A stretch of 64,000 bases of DNA from Phoronis australis. Lineage: Eukaryota > Animalia > Phoronida. Both the position numbers and the translations under genes were made by a program. The DNA is taken from NCBI GenBank assembly GCA_002633005.1, contig NMRA01000159.1, forward strand, positions 62,001 to 126,000. The letters run 5' to 3'. The notes under the pieces were generated by a model that was not told the origin of the DNA, searched no databases, and was given only the letters and a program-made list of their open reading frames with translations. Shown piece after piece: positions 1 to 14,600 of this stretch (position 1 is its first letter; every line of letters starts with the position of its first letter).

Positions 1-1653
1 AGTCACCCTGCGACTCAATGACATCGGCCTTACCGAGACAACTCTCGATTGTTTTTTAGCAAATGAGATCAACAAGTGCTAAATAAAACACGTTCTGCTT
101 TACTGTTTGCGTTAATTTCCTTAGTTACAATGAACACCTAGACCGTTACATCGCGTTTACTCTGGTAAATGAAATCTGATGACACACACGCGTGCTCGCT
201 CACTCACACAATATGCAGACGAACTTCAAAACAAACATCATGTGACAACAACGTGTGTTTGTCCAGAGATTTTTCTCGTGTTGTGGAGTACAATCTGACG
301 CAGATTTGGACTTAATGTGCTGTTAATCTCGACTCCACAGGAACTTAAAAATCTTAGGGGGGACTTCAGGTAATTTGTTAAATTGAAACATTTTTTTACT
401 CAAGAATTTATGTTGACTTATAGGTGATCGCGAGGCAGCGACGCATCAGTCGGAGAGTTTTCGGACTGGGATTTTCTAAAAAATGCTTGCAATTTAACAA
501 CAAAGTTTGATAGCAATGCACTGCAATTTTGTAGAAACTGTGTCGTAGGCTACAGATGAGTCACAGAGCGTAAATTTGATGAATTCTAGCTTACGATTTC
601 ACCTGTTTCAGAGACCGGGTTTCAACCTCTTCTGGGCTATAATTAGGCCTCCCCCTGCCTGAAGCGAATTTTCTAAACGTCCTAGGTGCTTATTAGGGTG
701 AATACGGTATTTCTATTTTTCATAAGCATTGTTACAAAAGCTCAAAATTTTACCAAATGTTATTGGTAACAGCTACACCATACAAACCATGCTAAAAGCA
801 ATTGAAAGTAAATTTTACCAAGTTATTTTTGTTGAGAAATTTTACAAAATGAAATTTCACCTGTCAGCCATATTGTGTCCCAAACTGAAGAGTTTTTACT
901 GTACGAGGCAAAAACATGACACTCAATTTGCACCATGTTTGAACTTTTGCTCTCTTAAGGAGAAGCCTGTCTTAAATGGACAATGCGGTCTCATCAGTGA
1001 ACGAATGCAATCATATTTTGAGGTGAACGAATAGCATAATCAATTCTGATCAGCACGTTACTCTCTTTGAAACCTGTGCAGACATCGCTGAGTGAAGATT
1101 AAAAAAAGACGCTTCTTCATGTCACTTTCGCCAACGTTTTTTTCAAGAGTCACACAGATGTAAAGGCACAACTTTTGCAACGATTATCTATTTTTTAATG
1201 AGTACAGCAATCTCATAACTAGACCACGGATTAAAGTTGGGAAAAAATCTTGTACCGTTTCAGTTCAGATCACTATGTTTGGGAAAACATTCAACTAAAA
1301 ATACTGCATCACTGCATCAGTTCCCAAGAAACCAAAGGGCAAAACCAGTTATGTTATATTTGGCCGTTTGTGGTGATTTTGGTGGTTTAAGTTGCTTTTA
1401 GTGGATAAATTCTCAATGGAGTTAATTTTCTACAGCGTCATAAGTAATGCTCTCCCACTTATGTTGTGTTCATTATGGCTGACTAGTGAATTACAGGTTT
1501 TGAGTCATCTTAGTTTTTTGTGCTGTAAGATATTTAAAACATTTGTTAAATGTTTTCATTGTTCACAAGCTGGCTATCTGTCTTGGAAGAATAGAAAATT
1601 GGCAGTTTTGGCAAATGAATCATTTTTTGTGAAATAGATGAAGAATTAACAAA

Positions 1654-2107
1654 CAGTGGAGCCCACTTAATATCATGATAATGGATAGTAGAATATCCCA
1701 GTTATTATCATGGAATGTCAAAAAATAAACCATTTCCTATTAAATCCATGTAAAATAACCCGCATAATATCACAATTTATTGCCATATTCCCAGACATTG
1801 TTATTACGAAATTACAAATTCAGCAAAGCTGATGCAAAACTGATTCTCGCCTGCTTATTAGCATGTGTACCTAGTAAACTAATTCAATTCAACTTAAATT
1901 CATTTTCCTAGTTATCAGATCTTGGCGGCTGCGGCAGTGGTAGAAATCAGACATTTCCTTTTCACCTGTCTTCCTCTCACACTTTCCACTTAACTGGAGT
2001 GGTTACGATCACCACCAAGCTGATACACGGTTAATGGAATATCCTGCCTATTATGTTATCGTGATTAATGTCGAAATCGAGGGTATGACATTAATCGGTT
2101 TCTACTG
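1654..2107. mobile_element. Tc1/mariner-pogo type MITE
   Basis: Imperfect 22-bp TIRs CAGTGGAGCCCACTTAATATCA and (reverse complement) CAGTAGAAACCGATTAATGTCA; TA follows the right end. Confidence 0.6.
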
Positions 2108-5100
2108 TATCTGCAGCAAGTGTAAAGGTATCACTTTTTAATGTGTAATGTACCCAGCTGGAGCGTTAAGTATACTTAACATTTGGTATTTGGTATATTC
2201 TATCGCTAATGCCTGATAGGTTACATTCTACAACGAAGTCTTTAACATTGTGAGAGCGCAAAAGCATCTTTCACTATGGCAGAATTTGTAAAGGGTGCCT
2301 AAGCCATGCCGAGTTGGCAGACTGGACAAACACACAACCTGTTCTTTCATTTCTCGGATACTTGTAAAGGTTGGACATTTTCGCGTAAATTATTTACACA
2401 TCCCACAATGCAACTGTGACAATTTGGCGGTATGACAGTCGCAAAGAATTCATACAAATACGCTGGGAAATATCCCACTGTCTTGAATCCAATACAAGAC
2501 TGCAATATGGTGTCCACCGGCCACTGTCTTGCCATCGAGTGATGAGGAATATTTCATCACGTTGCTTCTACACCAGAAAATGACTAATTAGCTAAAACAC
2601 CTCTTGTTGGTAAATATTCACAGGAAGTGGTGTTACTTAGCAGGCAATTTCATGGTGGTAAATAACGTAAACTAGTGGGTTAGCTCACGTGCCCATGTAA
2701 TTGCCCACCCCTGACTTTTGCCACATTTTGATGTAAACGCCCGTTGTTTGGGTCATTGTCGTTCCCTCACTTTGCGCAAATTTCAGCTTCTTGGGTAATC
2801 GCTCATCCCCAACTCGGCGGTAACAGAACTTGAGCTTGAAGTTGTGCTCTTGTTCGCAGCTTTGCCTCGGCCTCGGACTTCCGTGTTCATTGGAAACACG
2901 GCATGCTTACATACGATAGTCTTGAAAGGTGCGTCTTTTAGCTGGCATTTGTGGAGCATCTACCTTTTCTTAAACTTATCAACTGGTCTTTTTTTGAAAT
3001 TAATATAGTCCAACTTCGTAGATTTTTATAGAACTGGTGCTTTTATACTACGAGATTAGTCATCATTCAGGAATGATCTTGATCGGACTGTGAAGTTATT
3101 TGTGGGTATTGTTCAGTTTATCAAACTTCGCTCTCGGGTAACTTCAAATACGGAATATATACCGTGTAACGGGATAAAAAGATTTAGCAGAAAAACTGAA
3201 CTTAGAACCACCTTCAACTGCGTGGAAATTCGTTTACTTTGCATCCGAGGTCAGAGGTTACAGAGCTGTCGTTCAAATTGAACCACCATGGTTTCATTCA
3301 CCGAGATTAAGTTAACGAGATGTACATAGCTTGCAAAGATACCGCGGAAAAACAAAGACATAGCATATTTTTTATCCTAAGTGGGTTGCATGGCTGCGTA
3401 CATACTGCCATTGATAATGTTATGACAAATGCACCAAGTTGCTGCATGGCATCTGGCATGTCATGAACACAGCAAGTTGTGAACAAAGATAAATCCTCAC
3501 CCAAATTCGTTCATTTCACCGGTAATCTTTCGTTTCACTGTTTCGACCTTGCGGTCACAGCGCGCTTTAACCACACTCTATTTCTGTTGTACATTTCATA
3601 CTTGGTTTCTTTCAGTCTCCTAGGCGCCTGCTTCGGCATGTGTTGTTCACCACAATGTACTCTTGACCTATTTCAATAAGTCAAGAGGTTAACCCCTCTA
3701 ACCAAGTTTCACTCAATTCATTGTCAACCGACTTAACAACATTGGTGATAATTAAGTTAATTACGTGCTGCTAATTCAGTTGACAACACCAGTGAATGTT
3801 CAACTAGATAACAAGGTAATAGCATGTATAGGATATATATTGACCTAAAACAAGTTTTCACCGAATAATTAATCGGAAGCGTTCAGATTTTCTTAACTCG
3901 TAACATTTCCGGCTTTTTCTGGGATTTGGCAAATTGATTTGAATTGAACTTAAGAACAGGTCGGGAGTTCTCGAAAACGGCTTGGTGAATATCACAGAAA
4001 CTTTCCAATTTTAATACTTATTCACCGGTCTCAAAACGCTATTAGGATTCCTTTTAAACGCTTAATTTTTGTGTACCGTAAGACAGAAGATCAATACAAG
4101 TGCTATTTATTACAAAAAATACCTTAGATTTGTTAGTGAAATTGACTTAGAAACAAAACCAAATGAGTAATTCCTAACAACGTTTTTGAAGTAAATTGTG
4201 TGAATTGTACATTTAAAAAGGGTGTCATTAAAATCAACCAAGACGATATTTTGCTATGAACATACCGTCCTTAAAAATAAAATTTTGACTTAAAAGGTAG
4301 ATAACATAATAATTATGCCACATAAATATAAAACATATTTTTCTAATCCCTGATCTTTTTTCTGTCACAAAATATATACTTTAACTGGTTGACGTAACCC
4401 GTTTTTTGATAAATGATATTTAAGGAGCGTACTCTACGTCATTGGCGCAAATATAACTTCATTGACGCTCTACGATTGCTTAACTTAGATCGACAGGTCC
4501 ATTGAATTTTGAAGCGAAAAAGGGCAAAATTCTAACATTGCTCATAGGTCCTCCAAATTGTTAATGAAAAATTATATCTTTATCTGAATTATACGGTACC
4601 TTCTTTGATGTAGTGGACCCCCATTCATGCACGCATGGGGTCTAGAAATTTTGAGAATGTGGACCTTTTACTAAGATTCACGGGGTACATTCAGAGCTAT
4701 GAATTGTGCGTTCGCCAACTGTTGGTAGTTCCTACCTCTAGCTTACTGGCTTTCTACATTTCCGAAATTTTTTTTCTGAGACGGACCTTTTTGCCTACTC
4801 AAATGAGGGGCTCGTTTGAGCCCCCTGAGTCCCCTGGGTGCACTCGTGCCATTACTATAGAATAATCCACTCAGTGGTCATCCAATTACCCCAGTGTGAT
4901 GGTTTGATACGCTCCATATGTTGTGGCTTATTGCATTTAAGAATTAAATTTCCTTATGCTATTCTGAACATAATCCATTTCTTCAAAGAGACTATAAACC
5001 CACCTTCAATCACACAAAGATACTCATGATTTAAACCACTACCCTTCTGAAATTCGTCTAAAATTGCACCTTAGTCAAAGGAAAGATGATTTCAGGCATC

Positions 5101-5562
5101 AAATGAACTATCTGTTGGTTAAAGCGTCATAGCAGACGCTGCAAGTTATCTTGACATGGTGTGTCGTGTTATCAGTTGAGCATTGTCTTAAAGAATTCCA
5201 ATTGTCAATTCTTTGCAAACCAGATCAGTGTTAGAGCGCTAAGTGGTCTATATCAAATTTTTGCCTCTTGGGCGGAATCCAAGTTCATAGCCACTTTGAA
5301 GTGAAAGCATTCTTAACATAGTGATGTCTGTCTTATCAGAAACAGCTTATTAATTCAAGAAAGTTACTTAAACTAGTAACTGTTATTAATATACTAAATT
5401 CGTCATTCTGTGACCACGGTTCCTTTATTGCTCTTTTTTAAGATTTAAAAATGTTAAGACTTAAAAAGACATATCAGCGCCGCATACAACCTGATACGTT
5501 TCACTGTACCGATCTCATGGTGTTGTAATTTTTCATACTTCTGCTGTTCTGTGCAAATATTT

Positions 5563-5699
5563 ACTAGGTGACACCTCTCACGTTGTAGCCCTTAAGAGTT
5601 GAGAAGTAGAGGTATCCTGCGACTGGTATTTATTGGGTGATGCCTCTCACATTGTAGCCCTTCAGAGTTGAGAAGTAAGGGTATTCTGTGACTAGTATC
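5563..5699. repeat. ~69-bp tandem duplication, 2 copies
   Basis: CCTCTCACRTTGTAGCCCTTMAGAGTTGAGAAGTA occurs twice in tandem. Confidence 0.8.
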
Positions 5700-7359
5700 A
5701 CACCAGCTAAACAAGGTCTCTCTCAAGTGTTTGTCGAATATGTAAATTTAGCAGTCAATGTAACCAGCCAGTCTTCAGTGTAATTGAACAGCTATTTTGA
5801 GTCGTATTGAACTGTAGTAATTAGCGCAACAGCACCCACACTGCTCCATAATTTTGTTGCCTGAACCAATACTAACAGCTCTTTAAGATCCCTAGGGTAT
5901 TGTACCCGCCTTGGAGCCTGGCTAATTTTCTTGTTTTAGTTGAAAACAACAGGTTATTAAATCAATGTTTTTCGTTAATGGGATTACCCAGTTTTTAAAG
6001 GACAGCGTTGATGAGGTAGGGCTAGAACGCGTGTTATTCCCTCGGGGATTAAACTGCTTCGTCGCCAATAGACTATTCCTATTGGTCGTCTGTTCATCAT
6101 TGCTTTTAGAGAAATTCATGTTATCGTGTATTGATGTTTGACAGTAATATGTTCTGATCGTATTCTGTATGATAATAATTACACTGCATTCCATTATGAT
6201 GTATTGTATTATATATTTACCGGTATGTTATATTTCCAATACCCTAATGAATTAAATTGGTGTTAAAAGTTGTTTTGTGCTCGTATGAAGCTTCCAATTA
6301 AGGTTATGTCAAACTTTGGAACATCATATCTTAGAGATGTTGGACTGTTTTCACTTGAAACTTGCTGATGCTGGAGTTTATGCATTGTTAGGAATTGTTT
6401 AAAAGTGTTGCCACGGATGAGAGGCTATCAAAAATAGTTGTGATGTCCATCAAAAAATCTTAAGTTGTACAAAACAAAAGCAAAACGATATTTTGAAAGC
6501 TTTACAAAATTTTTGAAATCTTATGCCGATCAATTCAGACAAAATTAAATAAATGATTTTGATACCATTGTTTCGCTATCAATGTACCTTTTCTCTTCTC
6601 TAGATTTCACGAAGAAGACATGATCACATCACTCAATCAATGGCAGATTGATAAAAAAGTAAAACATTAAATTTTCTGCAGGTTTTCTACTTCCTAAAAC
6701 ACGTACTTTGACTTTAAGTTAAAATCTATAGTTTTGATATTTGGCTTAGTAACACAGACATGTCAATAAGGTTCTACGTAACTTTTAAGAATTTAAAAAT
6801 AACACAATAACGAAGAAAGTTGTAAACCGCACCGTTTTGCTTTATTGGCCATCTTCGGTAGTTTGTTCAAGCAAAATAGTGAGTGTTTAGGCAGGAGGTC
6901 ATTTGAACCACAATGCACAAGGGAATAGAAACATCAGGTTACCATAGCTACGGGCTAATTTTCCTATCAGTGACAGAGTGCCGTCATTGTGGCATTGTTG
7001 ATTATAGGGAAAGTTTTTGATTTCAGAAAATTAGAACACAGTCACAAGATACATGGTTTGATCAGTTGTGAATTAATTGTATGAAAGCCAGTTTGTCGTT
7101 AAAATATTTTTGATTGCGTGAGATATTGTCAGTTTGTGTCTGGTTTCAGGCATTGGAAGGTGGAGAAAATGTGCATTCCTTTATTTGAAGCGGAATATTG
7201 AAATTTTCAATACAATATAGCTGAAAATATAAGTTGTGGTGAAAATTGTGATGGTAATAAGAAGAAAATCAACTATAATTCATTTCAAAGTGAATTTGAT
7301 TTTCACCGAGTGGTAGGTTCTTCAATAAGACATTGTCATTTTTGAATGCCTTTTGGATT

Positions 7360-8360
7360 TACCGTTTTGCTGCGTCTTTAGGCTCATGGGACTGTATCTG
7401 AACGTATGCCATTTTTCAAGGCCTAAGTGGTTCGCATGTTGGTGCATGCACCTAAGTTTTGAACATAAGCCCATGTAATGTCCCCTACCCAGGCCCATAC
7501 ATTAATTAGCATATGGGCGCACCTGTTTTGACTATCGCTGTGCCTCCTAATGGCAATTTTTTACGTTTGCCTCTGTATATTTGGAATTCCTTGGCTTATT
7601 TTCACGAAATTGGTAAATGGTTTTGTATTACCGTTTGCCTTGCCTTTAGGCCCATGGGACTATATCCCATTTAAAGCCTTTTTTCGCTGCTTTTTTATGC
7701 TCCCACATATTTAAATGTGGGTGCATATTGCTGTCATCTCTATCCAGGTGTCCGACGTCCGGAGCTGTATCTCCGAAATTCCTCACAGGATCGTGATGAG
7801 ATTTGGCGGATGTGTTCCTGTGAAGCTGATGACGGATGTCGGCAAATTTTGGACCTCTCGGAGTACCGATGTGCCCCCTAGTGGCAGTTCTAGTTAGTTA
7901 CGCTTACGTCTGTATATTCGGAGGTCCTCAATGGATTTTCATAAAATTAGGCAGTTAGTGAGATGAAGCTGCTTAACGGATGTTTATGAAATTTGATAAG
8001 TACTTTTCTATTAAAGTGATGACATGTTCCTATTTTCGGATGGATACGTCTTTTTTTGTGCCATCTAATGCCCATTTTTACTGTTTCCTGGTCTGTTTTT
8101 GCCACCCGCCCTCTGTCAACCAAACCGCTCTAAGGATGATTGTGAAAATTGGCATATATGTTCTTAGTATGAAGAGGACGGTTGATGATTTTCCAACAAC
8201 TTCATTTACTATGGCACCTCCTAGTGGCAGTTATGTTTTGTTTTGCGACCATAAGCCTCCAAGCGGCAATTTCATATTTTCCATTTTCCTCGATTTCTCA
8301 GAAGTTCCTTGACAGATTTTTATGAAATTTGGAAAATAGCTTTGCCATGTAGTGGCCATT
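7360..8360. mobile_element. Degenerate Helentron-associated (HINE / pearl-like) interspersed repeat
   Basis: A T-run plus the inverted repeat ATGCTCCCACAT-ATTTAA-ATGTGGGTGCAT near 7697, followed by recurring core motifs CCYCCTAGTGGCA and TTYATGAAATTTGG. Confidence 0.45.
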
Positions 8361-8618
8361 TTTATGATTCAAATAAACACCCTTAGAAGCACAGCGTTAG
8401 CGGTGCATTCGTGGGTACATTTCAACGTTCTGCGTTGCTCTTGTTTTCCCCAAGTAATTCACAGGTTGGCGCATGTGCTTAATATGTTTCACATATAAGC
8501 ACAGTTTCACACAAACGCCCGCGGACCTAATGGCGCAGCAATTGTTTATTTCTGATCTTGTCTGGAAATGCACCATTTGAACAGCTTTGCAAAATTGTAT
8601 TCTTGTCATATTTTCCAG

Positions 8619-11600
8619 ACAAATTCTTGACGTCAAGTACGGACTCAAGCGGTGGCAAATTGGAGAGATTGCATCAAAAATCGGCCAGCTCTACTATCAC
8701 TACTAGTAAGTGTTATTAAATGTAGATGGATATAGGCCTAGACATATGGGCTCAACAGTAAGGCCTAGACATCTGGGCTCAAGAGTAAGGCCCAGACATA
8801 TGGGCTCAACAGTAAGGCCCAGATATATGGACTCAATAGTAAGGCCCAGGCATCTGGGCTCAACACTAAAGCCCAGACATCTGGGCTCAACAGTAAGACC
8901 CAGACATCTGGGCTCATCAATAAAGCCCAGACATCTGGGCTCAACAGTAAGGCCCAGACATCTGGGCTCAACAATAATGCCCAGGCATCTGGGCTCAACA
9001 GTAAGGCCCATACATCTTGGCTCAACAGTAAGGCCCAGACATCTGGGCACAACTGTACTCCAGAACATCAGCCATGCACTTGTGATGTGAAATCATCTCT
9101 TTTATAATGGAAATAGTGAATTCAATCCCATAATCCAACATTCCAACCTCACCGACCAATCACTTCAGTGGCTGCCATTTTACTAGGTTATGCTGGTAAG
9201 GTCTCTAAAATACTCGCAGAACCTTGGCCTCCGCTCCGCTGATTTAGTGTGGTCCTGCGTGATCTTGGTTTTTGGTGAGATTCTTGGGTCTATGGAAAAC
9301 ATCCTATTCTGTTGATTTGACAAATGCAAGATGTTACAACAATGTAACTGCAGTTTAAAATCTCCTATCCTATTAACTTCACATCTGTTTGGAACTGCGT
9401 TGCATTGTCCACTGTTGTGGAAAGTTTTCTTTTTTCCACCGTTTCAAAAATGCGATTTTGTAGACCCACAGTTTCTACCTAGTTAGGTATCTGGTGCAAG
9501 CACAAATCTATGTTCACAAGGAGTGTAGGCACACCCCTTTTGTCAGTGCACCCAGTCTCAACTGAATGAGAAAAATGGATTTTGCGATGAATGATTCCTA
9601 ACTCTATCAAAAATAAATTCTTGTTGCATTTAAGATTAATTCACCACACTGTTTGGATTTCCCTTTACCCATAATGCACTGGGCACGTCACCTGATCTTC
9701 CCCATCTTCCAATCATGTCACGGCTGTTTTATTGTATTTTCAGCTTACGTACGAGTGAAGCCAGTTACTTGAATGAATCTTTCTCATTCTACTCCGCCAT
9801 CCGAATGAGAGCGTATTATTCTAAAGCAAACAAGGAGGATCGGTAGCGTTACCTCTTGGATTCATATTATAATTACTCTTTTAGCGCCACCTTTTGGATT
9901 TGTATTATAGTTGCACTTTTGGTGCCACCTTTTGGATTTGTATTATAGTTGCACTTGCTATGTCAGGTGTTCAAAACATCCTGAAGATTGGTTCAATAAA
10001 CAACTCACAAATCTCAAGTCGCACTGTGACTAAACTCAAATTTCACACGATTTGATTGGTCAGTTTTCCAGTCGAGTCTTGACTAGTAAAAGCTGATGGC
10101 CAGGTGCCGTGGTTGTTTCATTGCTTTCATTTTTCACAGACCAATAAGCCTGGATTTAACGATTTGTTTTCTGCGCTAATTCCTTTTACTATTATTAGTG
10201 TTGTATACTCGTGTTGCAATAAAAAGTTTAAAAAATATTGTTCTGTGTTGTTACATTAGGGCTTTGTTTGCAGTAAACGTAAGCTATCTCTCAGGTTTGT
10301 GTGTGGTTTCTGTATTCAATTTGTTTCGAAGTTGTCGCATTGAACTTTACAGGACAGATCTCATGGTGAAGAAGTTGCGATACTATGCTCGTTTCATCGT
10401 TGTTTGCTTGCTGTTAAAGAAGATGAAATTAGTCAAAGATCTCGTAAAGGTGAGCATCCACCAGCGAACAGTTATGGTGGAAAATGGTAAAATGCAATCC
10501 GATTATTAGGCACTGTTGAAGACCTTCAAATAAATAAGCATGAATGTTTCCGGTAGATTTTTCTAATTTGGTATGAAAAAGTTAATAAGACATTAGCAGT
10601 TGAGTGAGGTGGAGCATATCAGGAATCAAGTGCTGAACTGATAAGCTATGATGTCACTCCCAGACGAGTCAAATATGGCGAACAGAGAAAATAGAGCTTT
10701 ACTGTTTCAGGAGTTGGCCAAACAGATCGATGACTACACGTCGACATATGAACCTGATGATCAACAGGAGTGGACACTGGTGTTAGGGGAAATCAGGGCC
10801 TTTATAGAGGTATGTTCATGTAATGTCAAGAAAAGTGACGTAAATGCGCTCCTCACAACTATTCCTGAATGATAATTAGATCTCATTTGAGCGAAAGTGC
10901 AAGGTCTCAGAGAATGTCACATAATTGCTAGTTAAAGCTATCTTGAAGGGTAACATCTGTAATTTTGATTCCTACATCGCTCTGAGCCTACTAGTGTCAT
11001 AAATTGTCAAATGTAGCAAACTGTTTAATTCAAACAGCTGTAAATAACACCCACATGCTTTAAACTTGGCTTCCATCTGAGAATTTTGATTTTCAGCACT
11101 TGTCCAATGGAATTGGCTTTGACTTGTTCATTTCTTTGATTATTCACTGTGATACCTGAGTTATGGAAAAACTGAGGGTAGTCCATAACTTGAAAGCAAA
11201 TTCGATCATTTGGCTTGCTGCAATCGCTTATTGAGCCCAGTGTCGAACATTTAGGAACCATTGGTTTCCTCCACGCTCATAACATAACTGTAGTACCTTG
11301 AAATGTGTTAAGTCACTTCTATACACAGACTTTACATTAGAGCTACTTGCACCACTTTGAGTGGATCGTCAATAACTAGGGTAAGGTGAAAGTTGTTGCT
11401 CTGTGCATGACAATGAACACCTAATGCGAATACAGCACACATGTAACAGCAGCAGATTAATTACTTCTGCCTCACCCCAGGTTTGCGGCCACACAGGAAT
11501 TTGAAGTGGCGCAAGTTACCGTAGAACAAGTTACCCTACTTCAATAAGGTGGAGTAAGTTGTCACAAGTGGGATAGGTTGCGCTAGTTTAAGTAACGTCC

Positions 11601-14600
11601 ACACAGCCTCCAAGCCTTGCAACAACTCGTTCCTGGAGTAACTTGTTCTAGGGTAAGACTGTGTTTGGACTGCACTTTAGAGACTGCGTTCCTCAAGCAA
11701 CTCTGTAATTTATTGTTAATACATGTAAGCTCTTTTGTATCCCAGTTACATTTTTATGACATGTTGTTGTCTTTGATAGGAAATATTGTCATGATTGACT
11801 TGGGCTTGTTTGCTTTGCATACCTCATTCTGTGTAAATCGAATGATTTCTCTGTCCTGTTCAGGCTGATAGTCCAGTCGATGTGATTGACTTGGATGGTC
11901 CACCTATCAACATCACCCATCGCCTCACGCCCCGCACCACGCCTCCACTGAGCCAGGGTATCCCAATTTACTTGTCGCTTCAGGAAATAGTCATTGTTGG
12001 CAATTGTTTTGAACAGGTAAGTGCTGGCAAAGTATTGATTATGAGTGAGGTCAGTTGATTAGTACTTGGTCAGAATTCAAGGACCTTGCTTTGACAATCG
12101 TATTTGGGTTTTGATGGGGTAACTCTTCCGCATAGTATTATTGTAAATCAGGGGTGTCGTTGACACACAACAGGGCTTTTGAAATTGAAATGCAAGGTCA
12201 ATGAAAAGAGATTTTGTGAACCCTGCTCTTGGTCATACAACTCCAATTGGACTGGGTACTGTCTAAAGGAATTTAACAAAGGGCTTTTGGTCCTGGCTGA
12301 GAAGACAATTCTTTCATTACACCCTTTGGATTCTGAATAGCAGAGCCCAGAATGGCAAATACATGTGTTAAGTTAGCTGGTGATTTTAATGCCAGAATGT
12401 GGTCTGTGGCGGCTTTAAGAGGGATGTTACTGTTCTTGTTACAGATAAAATTTAGTGAACTCACCATAGACATGTTCCGCATGTTACAAACATTAGAGAA
12501 AGAGCCACAGGAAGACCTGACCTCCAACCACCTTCAGGACGAATCACCGGCTCCGGGCAGATCACCGTTTGTAAGTGTTACATGATCGGTGCAAAAATGC
12601 ACCAGTCAAATTTGGTAAATTGGAGCACTTGAGTCTAGGAAAAGGTGTTGCTGCCGTGGTGAATTATTTGAACAACGCGATTCCAAATGCTGTTTCTGCA
12701 CTCCGCATTTCTATTGAGAAAATTATCATGTTCATTTTGTTACAAGATTTCTAAATTGACATCGTGTAAATTCAGGTTGACATGCAAGGCAAACTAAATT
12801 GCAAATATCGCCACTGAGTAGGTGGGCACTAAGCCGGGCGTGGGCATTTAAAAGCCAAGATTTTGAGAAGTGGGTTTTGACCTTTTACTGGAACCACCAA
12901 TGAGTAAACAATGAGGGTATTCCATTGATGGTAGCATAGTGGGCTGTTCCTTTGTATAGAAGTTCTGGGAACATCAACATAGCCTCTTCACAAAGGTTTT
13001 TATTGATGAAAATCCTGAAAAATGCCGACAGTTTTGTAAAACAAATTATTATAAGTTCAAGTTCAACTTGGTATTTGGGAAAATATTGTGCTTTAAAAAT
13101 CCTGTAGCCTTGACTGCTTAGGGTAGGTGGGCAAACAAGCATGGGCGTTTAAATGTGACGATTTGAGCGGGTTTTTAGTTCAACATGGGTGTCTTGTTTT
13201 TGTGAGAACCAGTTGATAAATGTTGTGATTTTAGTGCGTGCAAAATAAGGTGTATGTGCAAATTAAGTGGAGAATTACGGTAACCGTAATGTGAATCTGT
13301 AAGTTGCAGGTTTTGTACTCAGTTAATGCATGGTTCATCTTCTATTCATACACAGCTGTGGGTTATACAGAAAGTGTCAGGCAAATTTTTTGAGATTTTC
13401 AATCGTAAATCCGTAAGTTTCTGGCTAGCGAATGGGGTTCAATATATTAAGTGCAATCCCTTGTTTTCCCTTGCATGAAAATCATCTTGAGAAGGTGTTG
13501 TTTCTGTGCAACTGAGTTGAGCATGTTTCGTTTCACACCATGCGAATTTCATGGGCCAGGATGTGAACGGATATAATGTAATGCAAACGGAATGAAGTCA
13601 ATTGGAAAAATAGGTGACTGGTTTTTGTTAATGTATAACAGATTGGGGCAATGTCTCACAGTCAACTGCATTACTTCCAATGCAGGCTCTTGACTATTTC
13701 CTGTAAAACACTCGCTGTCATGCCACGTCCATTGTTTGATTTTTATTAATTATATTATTGCAATGAAAAACTGTTTTATTGCTAGAATTCTCGACTTCCG
13801 CATTGATCCTCCCATTCCTATATGAAATTGAGAGTTATCATGTGTAACTGAACTGAAATATGTGCGTGACAAGATGAAATACACATTTTGGTTGTTCAAT
13901 GTACATTGTCTGAAACCTGTCGCTAGCGAAGTGCCCGACACATACAGTCGCGCCCGCATGCCCACTTAACAAAGGCGCTCTGAGACGCAACAAGGACATT
14001 TAGCATAAAAATAAATGAACTATTATAACTAAAAAAGATTGACAATAAGCGTACAATTACTAACGTCCCATCACATACTTGTCCCAGATATTGATCCCAA
14101 GTGACTGAGCTAAGGACTCCAAACGGACTGTTGCTGGTCTGGTCTTACTCATTGCTGACAAAAATTTATGGCCTGTGCTGTAACATGTCTTCTAATCATC
14201 ATTGCGGCTAATGTGAGACACGTACGTATTCTTGTTTTTCTGGACACAAAGACTAAAAACTGCAGGTTAACAGTGGTGGGCGAAACGTGTCTATTGTTTG
14301 CATTCTAAGCAAGAGCTTTCTTAGAAATTGAATGTCTCACAGCATTCATCTGTCGATTTACTCCATCCTTGNATATGAAATTGAGAGTTATCATGTGTAG
14401 CTGAACTGCAATATGTGCGTGACAAGATGAAATACACATTTTGGGTGTTCAATGTACATTGTCCGAAGCCTGTCGCTAGCGAAGTGCCCAACACATACAG
14501 TCGCGCCCACATGCCCACATAACAAAGGCGTACTGAGACGCAACAAGGACATTAGCATAAAAATAAATGAACTATTATAACTAAAAAAGATTGACAATAA

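Noticed and set aside
6604-6658. Exon-like segment (tag|ATTTCACGAAGAAG...|gtaaaa) as a missing SCAI 5' exon
   Set aside because: Its translation does not resemble the conserved SCAI N-terminus (DLPQYG...TKLWKFQQ), which was not found anywhere in 1-8618.
8703-9090. Repetitive ORFs (RPRHLGSTV and others)
   Set aside because: Product of the 27-bp minisatellite; no unique coding flanks.
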